From Lingula anatina (Eukaryota > Animalia > Brachiopoda), in assembly GCA_051362555.1 (NCBI GenBank), contig CM120642.1:28520001-28584000 (forward strand): a stretch of 64,000 bases of DNA. The letters are read 5' to 3'. Position numbers and translations under genes: made by a program. The notes beneath the pieces are model-generated. The model saw nothing but the letters and a program-made list of their open reading frames with translations, was not told where the DNA came from and searched no databases. Positions 1 through 10,394 of the stretch are shown piece by piece. Position 1 is the stretch's first letter. Each line of letters starts with the position of its first letter.

Positions 1-120
1 GATTTACAGCACCTCTCCTCTTTTTACCTTTGCGACTAGCTTTCTTTTTTCTATGAAACCTGACAAGGTGTCGAATTTTTCTTTTTATGAAAATTGGGTC
101 GAAGAATGGTCGGTAAAAAA

Positions 121-471
121 CTACAATTAAGAGAATTAATTGTATTTATGTAGCAAATGGTTTGTTTTAGTGGTGCTATTAACTTTTTGGTAATACATCA
201 ACGTTTTGTTTGGGTCTTGTGTCTGCACATTTTGACCTTAAGTAATTGACCAAGACAAGGTGTTAACAGATGTCCAGGGTTAAGGAATGTCTTAGCTGCT
301 GTGTATCAAGGCACACACAAGTATATTCTATGAAAGATGTTTTGGAGATTAATTCCATCGAGCTGCATTCAGTTAGAAGTCATTCAGCTTTGTAGCTGCG
401 GATATATTTACCCGCAGTTTTAGCAGCTACACTGTATTATTACTTACGTTTCTTTATTGTTATTTGTACAC
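121..471 (+). repeat. Split direct repeat A1 (copy A2 at 3561-3911)
   Basis: A 351-bp sequence CTACAATTAAGAG...TATTTGTACAC is present twice. Confidence 0.95.
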
Positions 472-477
472 TGGTTA

Positions 478-705
478 CCAGTCATCACTTTTGTGGTTTC
501 AAGATTTGGGGACGACTATTTGTTACTTGGTTACCATTTTCTTCGGATTATTCAGTTTTCCCCAGCCACCAGTTTTGGTATTCAAGATTCAGCGACGGCT
601 GTTGACGGTTATTTGTTACTTGGTGACTTTATTTTATTTGGACAATATTCACTTTTCTCCAGTCACCAGTATTTGATATTCAAGTTTCGGCGACGGCTGT
701 TTCCT
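478..705 (+). repeat. Three degenerate ~85-95 bp tandem units inside the Ngaro element
   Basis: CCAGTCA/CCAGCCA...TTCAAG...GACG(A/G)CT recurs at ~478, ~563 and ~659. Confidence 0.55.
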
Positions 706-1094
706 TTTACGGGATGACTTCAAGTTTTGGATCACACACAGGCTAGTATTTGTTTTCATTTCCCCCCCCTTTTTTCACGTGTTCTTATCAATACATTTAT
801 AATTGTTGTGTTATGCAACTACAGTTGTTACCTATTTTGTTTAGGTGTCACTCATCATGTTATTTTTGATTTTTTTTCTTTTGTGTGCATCTATTTTATT
901 TATGTTTATATTCCTATCGGGCCAGGTGTTTTTGCAGTTTCCATATTTCCTATTTCCTGGCTGTCATTGACATGCCGTAATCTATTCATATCCTATTTCC
1001 GATTGTCTCCGTGTCCGCATTACCAGGTGGAGTATTATTAGGGGTTTCTGGTCGACTAGGCGATATGCATTTTTGGAGTTTTTATGCTCTTTTT

Positions 1095-1467
1095 TCTGGG
1101 TGTACTTCCCAGGTTGTTAACTGTTTGCCTAGTAGTGAGAACCCTGTAGTGGTATCTGGTATACTAGGTTCTGGGTGTATTTCCCAGGTTTTTTAACTGT
1201 TTGCCTAGTAGTGAGAGCCCTTTGTGGTATCTGGTATACTAGGTTCTGGGTGTATTCCCAGGTTTTTAACTGTTTGCCTAGTAGTGAGAGCCCTTTGGTG
1301 GTATCTGGTATACTAGGTTCTGGGTGTATTTCCCAGGTTTTTAACTGTTTGCCTAGTAGTGAGAGCCCTTTGGTGGTATCTGGTATACTAGGTTCTGGGT
1401 GTATTCCCAGGTTTTTAACTGTTTGCCTAGTAGTGAGAGCCTTTTGTGGTATCTGGTATACTAGGTT
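1095..1467 (+). repeat. Minisatellite of five ~74-75 bp units
   Basis: The unit TCTGGGTGTATT(T)CCCAGGTTTTTAACTGTTTGCCTAGTAGTGAGAGCCCTTTG(G)TGGTATCTGGTATACTAGG starts at ~1095, 1170, 1245, 1319 and 1394. Confidence 0.95.
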
Positions 1468-1852
1468 TTAATTTTTTGGGAGCTGTTGTGCCCCTATTCT
1501 GGGGAGTCACCCAGCTATATGTTCGTTGCCTAGTCGGTTTTCCAGATATCCCTGTTTTTACGTGCACGGCTAAGCTGAGGCTGTTGCCTGCATGGATTTT
1601 CTCTGGCGGCGGACTAGGAGATGTTTAATTTTTTGCACTTCTTATATCAATATGGCTCATGCCATATCTACCCAGGCTATTCGTTGGGTTTATGCCGGGT
1701 TTATATGTTCTCTGTACAAGTGTATATTTTATTCATATTACTTATTCCGCTTACTTACTTAATTACCTGGCCCGGGAAATTTTTATTACTGAATTGTCTT
1801 ATATATAAATGCAACTGCCTTCGGTCTTCTTAGTTTCCTTTGTTTTTATGTT

Positions 1853-3245
1853 ACCATGCCTTCCAAGACCCCTCCCGGGTGGAGTACCGTAAGCGGTCCA
1901 GGATGTCGGTTGTCTCCAATGCGCGCTCATTATCCAGCAAACGACGATTGGCTCCTGCATCCACTGCTCCTGGTGGAAAGAAGCCGAATCACACCGGCAC
2001 AGTAATGCCGTGCGCTTCTCCTTCTCCCGACTCCTCCCTGCAAGAGACTAACGTTCAGCAGCAGATACCCTGTACCCAGTATCAGCAGACTCTCGACACT
2101 GTAAACACACGGAAGTGATCCACATTGGAAGTGATCCACATGCCCTCGTAAAAATCGCTGATTTCCCTTTACCTTTGGACTGAAGTTTTTTTTTTTTGTT
2201 TTTGTTTTCAGCGATTTTCTAACAAAAATTTTATATGATTCTGTAAACTTACTTACGTACGGCTTATCTATTAGAACATTAAGAAGCTCCTTATGCTAAT
2301 GATTGGCGTCTTTATATGACGCCTTTTGCAACTTACGACCAACACTACTGGTCCCGTGGGATAAGTTTTCCCTGTGTTACCGTTAAAAGTGGCAACCATG
2401 AATACCCCCCCCCCCTTTTCTACGTCCCTTTCGTCTATGCATCTTTTTTTTGCTTTTTATAAAAGGGAGTAATGCACCTTTAGTCTATGCTAATTTAGCA
2501 CTGTTGCCAGTACTGGGATCCCATCCTAAAATCGATTGCCCCACATCCCACGCCCAGTTACAGACCCCGCCTACAACATTGTCTAACAACTCCGATTACC
2601 CATTCCCTGTTACAATTGGTACTTAAGGTTAGGATCCTCATCAGGTGATTTTCTCATCAATATATTTCCAAGGGTTCCTGCCTTCTTGCACCACCACTCC
2701 TAGCATTCACGCATTTCATAATCATTTATCAGCCCGTACTCATCCTGAAGCGATTTTGGATTATATTAATCAGGTTTATCCTCTGGGCGGATTGCTGGCC
2801 CAATTTTATCTCCCTCTTCCATATTTTAAATGTTCACCATTACACATTATTACTAAATCTGAACCTTATAAATTCCGTGTTATTCGCGACCTTTCTTATC
2901 CCCACCTGGACTCGGTTAATTCTAATATACCCAGAGTATTTTCTGTACAACTCAATATATTATACGATTATCGCCCATGTCCAACATTTCGGCCCTGGTG
3001 CTCTTTTAGCTAGGTCTGACATTCTAGTTGTTTTCCGCATTTCAGCTCTTAGCCTTTTGGTTTATCATCTTCTTTGTTTTCTTGGAATGAATTATTTAAT
3101 TTGAAACATGTCTGCCAATGGGTGCAAGTCGTTCGTGCCAAATATTTAATCACTGAGTACAGCTCTAAAATGGATGTTTAAAAAAAAAAAAAAAAAAAAA
3201 ATTTCATGCCTCGGCCATATCCTATATATTGGATGATTTTTCTTT
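1853..3245 (+). pseudogene. Frameshifted gag-like and reverse transcriptase remnants of the Ngaro element; RNase H and tyrosine recombinase not seen
   Basis: Gag-like fragments are WRLY, PWDK and HCCQY..GSHPKIDCP (~2300-2545). RT motifs are CSPLHIITKSEPYKFRVIRDLSYPHLDSVNSNIP (ORF 2645-3013), GPGALLARSDI (ORF 2877-3104), CLPMGASRSCQIF (~3109) and YILDDF (~3222). They fall in different frames. Confidence 0.8.
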
Positions 3246-3276
3246 CATTAGATGTGAGCTTCTCTCACATCATATG

Positions 3277-3560
3277 GCCTTTTATTTTCATTTGCGCCAA
3301 CTTTTTGCTCCTATAGCTGTTGTGATTTCTCATATTTTTCATAATTAATCCTGGTTACATTTCATTAACATACTTTATTATTTTTATATTTAGCACTTAT
3401 ATAGTTTGGGGGATGTTTATTATCTCCCCGGTTTTGTAACTTTGTTTCTTATTAGTTTTCGTCATTAATAAATGACAATTTCAGTCATATGGACTTATCC
3501 TACTTAATTTGGAGCAAAAACAGAGCTTCGTTGTGCTTGTGAACATTTGGCTACATAAAA
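3277..3560 (+). repeat. Split direct repeat B1 (copy B2 at ~4557-5151)
   Basis: GCCTTTTATTTTCATTTGCGCCAAC...GAACATTTGGCTACATAAA recurs at the right end of the element. Confidence 0.9.
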
Positions 3561-5151
3561 CTACAATTAAGAGAATTAATTGTATTTATGTAGCAAATGG
3601 TTTGTTTTAGTGGTGCTATTAACTTTTTGGTAATACATCAACGTTTTGTTTGGGTCTTGTGTCTGCACATTTTGACCTTAAGTAATTGACCAAGACAAGG
3701 TGTTAACAGATGTCCAGGGTTAAGGAATGTCTTAGCTGCTGTGTATCAAGGCACACACAAGTATATTCTATGAAAGATGTTTTGGAGATTAATTCCATCG
3801 AGCTGCATTCAGTTAGAAGTCATTCAGCTTTGTAGCTGCGGATATATTTACCCGCAGTTTTAGCAGCTACACTGTATTATTACTTACGTTTCTTTATTGT
3901 TATTTGTACACCCTCCACCCTCCCCTACCACCTGCCTTCATCCTTGTGGTGTTTTTAACACTTAGACTTACTTACTTTCAAGCGGCACCTGTGTGACATA
4001 ATTAAGGGGGGCACCTATTTGGACAGTGCCACTTTGCCTCTGGTAGGCCTGCTAATCAGAGGCATATGAGTTCAGTTATTCAGGAGACAGTTAATGCTCT
4101 CCCTCACTTTTCTCGTAAAATTCACAACATTAAGAAGTGCATTATTCAGGAGTAAAAAATTTTGAGGTGATGTTTGGTAAACTTATTCAAACCCCCCTCC
4201 CCCCCCATATTTTTTTTCTCTTTCCATGACTAATGAAGCAGATTTGAGCATTGGCTCAATGTAACATGGTTGTATTTATGCTTGTTAGCTATAACTCATT
4301 TGGCACATTAATTAGTCATTTCAGATTATCTGGTTATCATTTGTTTATTGATATATATCATACATGTGAGATTATTACTTTAAAACTATAGTTAGGTAAA
4401 TGTACTATGCAGGGCATATGAGGCAGTACGTAGGCCAAGAGAGACAACTCTATGATTGGGCTGTCAGAGCAATGAGGAAACCTACGTCCCCGTCCTAAAA
4501 AGGTAGGGGTTGCGTAGCTCGCTCTCAGCCTAGGCCGGCTTTAGTATGTGCCTTTTGCCTTTTCTTTTCATTTGCGCCAACCATTTGCGCCAACTTTTTG
4601 CTCCTATAGCTGTTGTGATTTCTCATATTTTTCATAAGCCTTTTATTTTCATTTGCGCCAACTTTTTGCTCCTATAGCTGTTGTGATTTCTCATATTTTT
4701 CATAATTAATCCTGGTTACATTTCATTAACATACTTTATTATTTTTATATTTAGCACTTATATAGTTTGGGGGATGTTTATTATCTCCCCGGTTTTATTT
4801 TCATTTGCGCCAACTTTTTGCTCCTATAGCTGTTGTGATTTCTCATATTTTTCATAATTAATCCTGGTTACATTTCATTAACATACTGCCAACTTTTTGC
4901 TCCTATAGCTGTTGTGATTTCTCATATTTTTCATAATTAATCCTGGTTACATTTCATTAACATACTTTATTATTTTTATATTTAGCACTTATATAGTTTG
5001 GGGGATGTTTATTATCTCCCCGGTTTTGTAACTTTGTTTCTTATTAGTTTTCGTCATTAATAAATGACAATTTCAGTCATATGGACTTATCCTACTTAAT
5101 TTGGAGCAAAAACAGAGCTTCGTTGTGCTTGTGAACATTTGGCTACATAAA

Positions 5152-5780
5152 TAAAATTCTTGCAGAAAACAAAATAGTTTGAATGGAATTCTGCTAAGGG
5201 TAACCCTTTGAAAATTCCTTGTGAGAACGAGAATTGATTTCCCTTTTATGAGAATGGTGCTAAAAAAATTTTGGTAATAATCGAAGCTATCCAGAAAACA
5301 AATGCCAACTGAAATGTGGACCGAGAAGTTTTCAGCAAGCATCACCGGCAAATCGTCCAAACTCATACTTATTGGAAAATACCTGTAACTACATATACAC
5401 CATGCCATAAGTGCAATTATAGATTCCAAATGTGCTGCGAACTTGAGGTACGGCCACGTATTTCTTGCAGAAACACCGACTAGTTTTGCCATGATATAAC
5501 AAGAATCGCGGTTGCAAAACTTTTTGAAACTTTTTCGCTGCAGAATAAAGACATTCGTCTTGGCACCAAATATTCTATCTAATTCTGTTGCCCACTTAAA
5601 TATAAAAATGGCAATGACCACATAAATAGCAAATAGCTGAAGCCGAAATAAACTAAAAAATAAATTCCTCATCTCCTCCACAATGCCGACTTGTTTGATG
5701 AATGACCAAGATGACAAAGCGGAGCATAACATAGAGGTCAGTCCCACGGCAAAATGCAACGTCGATGGAAACACTGACAT
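5152..5780 (-). pseudogene. 5' part of a long ORF of unknown function, interrupted by the Ngaro insertion; it continues at 1-117
   Basis: About 210 codons are open in AT-rich DNA. The ATG follows an acceptor-like TTTTCTTTACTTTCAAG. Removing the element restores the frame (see findings). Confidence 0.5.
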
Positions 5781-7148
5781 GACCTTGAAAGTAAAGAAAA
5801 GTTATGTCTGTGAATAAGACAAGAAGGAAACTTTAACAAATAGTGGCGTTTACTCAACACAAAAGTTGAAGTAGTATATTTTTTACAAATAGAGACGTTA
5901 ACTCAAAGATTAAATGTTAAAGTAATATCCATGCAAGGCCATTCTCCAATTTCTAACACTGATTTTTCGAAATCACTGCATTATACTTTGTAGGGTCATG
6001 TTGTATGTGCATACTTTCAAGAAAGGCGAGGCATGATCTTTTTCAGACCATTTGCCAAGAAGCGATCGAAGCATTGGCATTGAGTTATTTTACTTGATGG
6101 CCGTCCATAGAAACTAAACTGTCGTGTTTAAGACAGATTTGAAAGTGATAAACTTGGACCCATCAGTACAAATTCAAAAGTTTTAAATATAAGCTTGAGC
6201 ATCAGTCTTTTAAAATACTTCGAAAACAGATTACGACTGATTTGCTCCATACATTATTTTTCTCGTAACTTAAATAAAACACCCAATACTTTATTAAAAT
6301 ATTTAAATAAAAGTGTCATTTGAAAAGTCTTCTGACCATGCAGACCTAGCTTGTCGAAAATATCCATTTATTTTAAGATCCTTAGTGTCTCGTATCTAGC
6401 CTCGAAAGAACTTCTAGAAAGAACTTCTAGAAAAATAAACTTGTTGAAATAGTAAGATAAAAGTTCTTCAAATCATAAAAAAATATGTGTGTGTGACCCC
6501 GTTTCGTCAGATTTGAGTAGGGGCCTACCTATTTTGTCACACGTGCTGTCAAAAGCTGTGTAAAGTTTAATTTATCATTAAAGAAGAAAGTTATCTCACT
6601 GAAGTCAATAATCTGTCAGTAATTTTGTTGTGAAATATGGGATTGAAAGGAACAGTAATATCCGTGAATATTGCAAGTCATTCATCAGTCCATCGTATTC
6701 TTCTCTGGAAGCCATGATTAACACTTCATCTTTCCAAATTGTTATGCAGTTGGTGCTTTTCATCCAAAACATTTTACTGTGCACTTACCTTTGCAAAACT
6801 AATGAAACGTTGCAATGGACCCATTTTTTTCACAGTTGATTCAGCAGCCAGTACATTATATTTCACTTCTGTTCGCCTATCAAAATAGATCGGTGTTAGA
6901 CCCTGTTACAAATGTCATTGATTTCAATATTTAAAGCGGTTACAGTATCCAAAATATTTAAGTTGTGTGCTGGTTTATATAGTAGAATTGCTTTCTAAAT
7001 CTAAAACGAAACTGTAAACGTGCGTTTTATGTGAAATTCCAAAACATGCAAATTCAACGTTAACCTACAGGTACATTACAGGATTACAGGAAGCCTAGTA
7101 AACGAACAAACTTCCCCATTGAGAGATGGAAAAATGTTAACTTTGTAA

Positions 7149-8130
7149 GGCCACACTTTTTTATTTTTATGGATGACATCCTCTGGGTACCCCAAAATCG
7201 GTGCGAGAGGGCGAAAAAAAAAAAAAAAAAAACGGTCCAAAAAAAAAAAAAAAAAATACTGCTTAAGTAAAGGAATGCTGTCAGTACACAGCTGGAAACA
7301 CAAATTTTACCACAGAAACACGTATCAAACTAATAATATGTCTTTATCCATGCTCTCAAAATATTAAAGCATTGTGAATACTTCGTAGAAATGTAAAAAA
7401 AAAAGTCATGAATAGATATACTTTTTATTACAAAATCTATTAAGGTTATTTCATGCATTTTGTTGGTATAGCAATCAATAAAACAAATATCAAACAAACA
7501 AATATTCGTATTCTCAGAATATTAAAGCATTTTGAACACTTCACAGAAATGTTTAAAAAAATGATGCAAAGATATGCTTAATACTACCAAATCTATTAAA
7601 GGTCATTTCGGACGATGCCATTTTGTCTACTTCGACTCACACGGCCAAACTGTCAGGTGGCCTGTCCGACCTTCAGCCCACCAAATACCTCGACGCCCTT
7701 GTCGACCCTTTTTTCGCTACAGAAAACCTGGTAGCCTATGTGCTGCTTTGTACAGAATGTCACTGAAATTTTTCGGGCGATAATCGCTGGCGGCCGCCAG
7801 CCTTTCGCACAATTGTAAAAAGGTGATATCTCCATGCCCAAAATCAATGGCATACCAATCCAAAACGACGGCACCCGTTCTCTTTATGACTTTAATTGTC
7901 GTGTAATTTGAAAGTTATCCTAGAGATGAATTTGACGGCAAAGCGGCCACATTTCCACGTGGCGATAATACGCATGCGCAGAAAGCTCATTTCCTGGCAA
8001 ATTCAATAACGACGTTTGCGCCAACCGACTTCGTTGGGGGCTGGGGGGGGGGATTTTTTTTTTTTTCGGAGAACGGGCGAAAATCGGTGCGCGCGCAGGA
8101 TGTCATCCATAAAATTAAAAAAGTGTGGCC
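7149..8130. mobile_element. Non-autonomous PIF/Harbinger-like DNA transposon
   Basis: The ~34-bp TIRs are GGCCACACTTTTTTATTTTTATGGATGACATCCT and AGGATGTCATCCATAAAATTAAAAAAGTGTGGCC. TAA lies on both sides (7146-7148, 8131-8133). Confidence 0.8.
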
Positions 8131-8170
8131 TAACTTTATTTTATATTTTGTGTATAAATAAATATTCTTC

Positions 8171-8456
8171 GGGGGGGGGGGGGGGGGGGGGGGAGATCGT
8201 CCGGGGGGGGGGGGGGGTTGTCCTGGGGGGAATCGTCCGGGGGGGATTGTCCGGGGGAAGTGTCCGGGGGGGGGGGATTGTCCTAGAATCGCTTGTGGGG
8301 CTAGTTACTGATAATGACGAGAGTGCATATAGAGGGGGGGGTTGTCCTGGGGGGAATCGTCCGGGGGGATTGTCCGGGGGAAGTGTCCGGGGGGGGGGGA
8401 TTGTCCTAGAATCGCTTGTGGGGCTAGTTACTGATAATGACGAGAGTACATATAGA
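8171..8456 (+). repeat. G-rich (GGGGG-TTGTCC) element end with a ~123-bp tandem duplication
   Basis: Runs of G are separated by TTGTCC/ATCGTCC/AGTGTCC. The block ending TCCTAGAATCGCTTGTGGGGCTAG...GAGAGT(G/A)CATATAGA occurs twice (TCCTAGAATC at 8281 and 8404). Confidence 0.8.
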
Positions 8457-9165
8457 GTATCTGTTGAGTCGTTGAACGTAGCTAAAACCAGAGAAATGAT
8501 AGTGGATTTTAGAAGGAATCAGAATGTAAGGCACCACTAATCATTGGTAATGTTGAAGATAGTAGAGTAGCGGATTTTTAACTACTTGGTAGGCCTATAC
8601 ACCTGAATAGTCAATTGAATTGGAAAGATAACACCGCGAAGCGTGTAAAGAAGGCACGGCAAAGACTATTTTTTAAGATCATTGAGAATTTTTACTGATA
8701 ACGTGCCTATTTTGGTCAATTTTTACAGGTGTGTAATTGAAAGCATTCTGGCGTACGGAATTATAATATGGTATAGCGGAACAACTGGGGAGGAAAGAAA
8801 GAAACTAACCAACGTTGTAAAAACTGCAATCAAGACTATCGGACAGGATCTACCCAAACTGGATGATATTTAAAAAAAAAAAGAATGGAGAAAAGAACTG
8901 TCAAAACCATGGAAGACTCTTTTCACCCTACACCATCACTTTTTACGTTTTTACCAAGCAATAGTAGACTTTTAACTTTTAAAGGCAGTGAACGCTTTTT
9001 AAACAGCTTTTATTCAAGTGCAGTGACGCATTTTAATTTGATTTAAAAACAAAATTCTTAATTTATCTGTTGTATTACTTTTACTCTGTATATTATCAAA
9101 CTTGCTCCAATAGTAAAATGATTTCCGCTGTTTATAATTGGCTAAATAAACTCTTATCTTATCTT
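8291..9165 (+). mobile_element. 5'-truncated, decayed Rex1/Babar-like LINE (RT C-terminus and DUF1891-like region)
   Basis: Translated fragments are LVGLVTDNDESAYR, LNVAKTREMIVDFRR, LNWKDNTAKRVKKARQRLF, LVNFYRCVIESILAYGIIIWY, EDSFHP..LFTFLPS and RFLNSFY. The 3' end is AATAAA followed by CTTATCTTATCT. Confidence 0.85.
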
Positions 9166-9793
9166 TAAAATGCAACCAATGCCATAACAGTTAAAAAAGG
9201 GAAAACTCCCATTAAGTTTATTAATTTTATCACATCTATGGGTTGCCCAATCCAAATCTTTGACGCGATTAAATTCAGTAGAGATCACCAAAGTCTTGCG
9301 ACTAAGCATCGAATCAAGTGTGACTTTGAAGGATCTTTGCAAGAGTGGAGTGAGAAATAATCTGAGACGAGCCAGGCTTTGCAAGTCACTTTTGTATTGC
9401 TTTTACTAAAATGATTTTCAGGTGTACAGAGTCTCGCCCTTAAGTCTTTAAGGTGTCCCCCGACACTGAAATGAACCAATTTCATAATTGCAAGTGTAAT
9501 TTATGCTTATATTTTTTTTCTTTTTGTCTGATATAATGAATACAGAAGACCGGTTATCATACTAAATGTGAAAAATATTCGTTATTCGTCAGCAAAAAGC
9601 ATATAAACTCTTTGTCCTCTCGGCATAATTTTTACATTATGTCCAATTCTTACAGTTGGCATGACGTCACAGGATGGCCGACTAGGATAAAACAAATCAA
9701 AATCATTGAGAGTAATGGGCGCAAGCCAATGTTTTACCCTAGTCCTAAAATCGAGCCTCGTTCTGGGTTAGATAATCCTGAAACCGACTGTAA

Positions 9794-10007
9794 GGGTCTA
9801 TTCCCACAACTTTAGATCGATCTATCACTGCGGGGAGTCTCACTAGATTACTGTCAGATAATCCCCCTTAAGTGTCCGTCCCCGCCTACTACAAGCTGTA
9901 AGGGGTAATTAACTTTCGTGTCCGCCCGGCTGACAGCTATTTAGCGTGAACCCCCAGGGAGTTAGGTCGATCTAAAGTAGGTCGATCTAATCTATGGAAA
10001 TGGGGTG
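9794..10007 (+). mobile_element. Harbinger-type foldback MITE, family M1 copy 1
   Basis: Ends are GGGTCTATTCCCAC...GGAAATGGGGTG with a TAA TSD. The core GGGGAGTCTCACTA...GCTGTAAGGGGTAATTAA is shared with seven other copies in the window. Confidence 0.8.
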
Positions 10008-10394
10008 TAAGAATAGGAAGGCTTCTATTGCGGGTAATGAGGCTAATTTGACCTTGACATTTTAAAGGGACTGGCTCGACTGCTAAGCAGTCTTTGCCGT
10101 TCCTTCTACCGGTCTTGTAGCTTTCCTATGATATTAACGGCCGAGATCACAAAAAAGGGACACCACTGCTACTATTGGGTGGCCAGCTCATCCTATTGAT
10201 AGTAAAATGTTCCAATCTGAGAGTTTAAAACATAGGAAAAATGGCCGAAATGAGAGGTTGGCCGACCTACAATTAAATACTTTAGGATATTTAGGGTTTG
10301 TAGCACTCACAATATTTTACAATCACAAAAAAATGAACAGCATATTTGTTTTATTTACGTATTTTCCGACCATATCTTACGGACTATGTATCGA

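Larger units (their letters stand above)
118..5151 (+). mobile_element. Decayed, non-autonomous Ngaro/DIRS-group (tyrosine recombinase) retrotransposon with split direct repeats A1-[gag/RT remnants]-B1-A2-spacer-B2
   Basis: Repeat A lies at 121-471 and 3561-3911 (constant offset 3440, no differences seen by eye). Repeat B lies at ~3277-3560 and ~4557-5151, the second copy with internal partial duplications. The internal B1/A2 junction is GGCTACATAAAACTACAATT. RT remnants lie between A1 and B1. There is no conventional TSD. Confidence 0.85.

Noticed and set aside
457-1833. Cluster of short + strand ORFs
   Set aside because: They are by-products of T-rich sequence and tandem repeats in the retroelement leader.
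4427-4490. Hammerhead ribozyme (ACGTAGG...GAAACCTACGT)
   Set aside because: GAAA and a stem III-like pairing are present, but the CUGANGA core and the NUH cleavage triplet are not. It is kept only as a generic structured element.
6488-6545. Minimal hammerhead on the minus strand (CTGACGAAACGGGGTC between GTGTGAC and GTCACAC)
   Set aside because: There is no stem II between CUGACGA and GAAA, so the core cannot be built.
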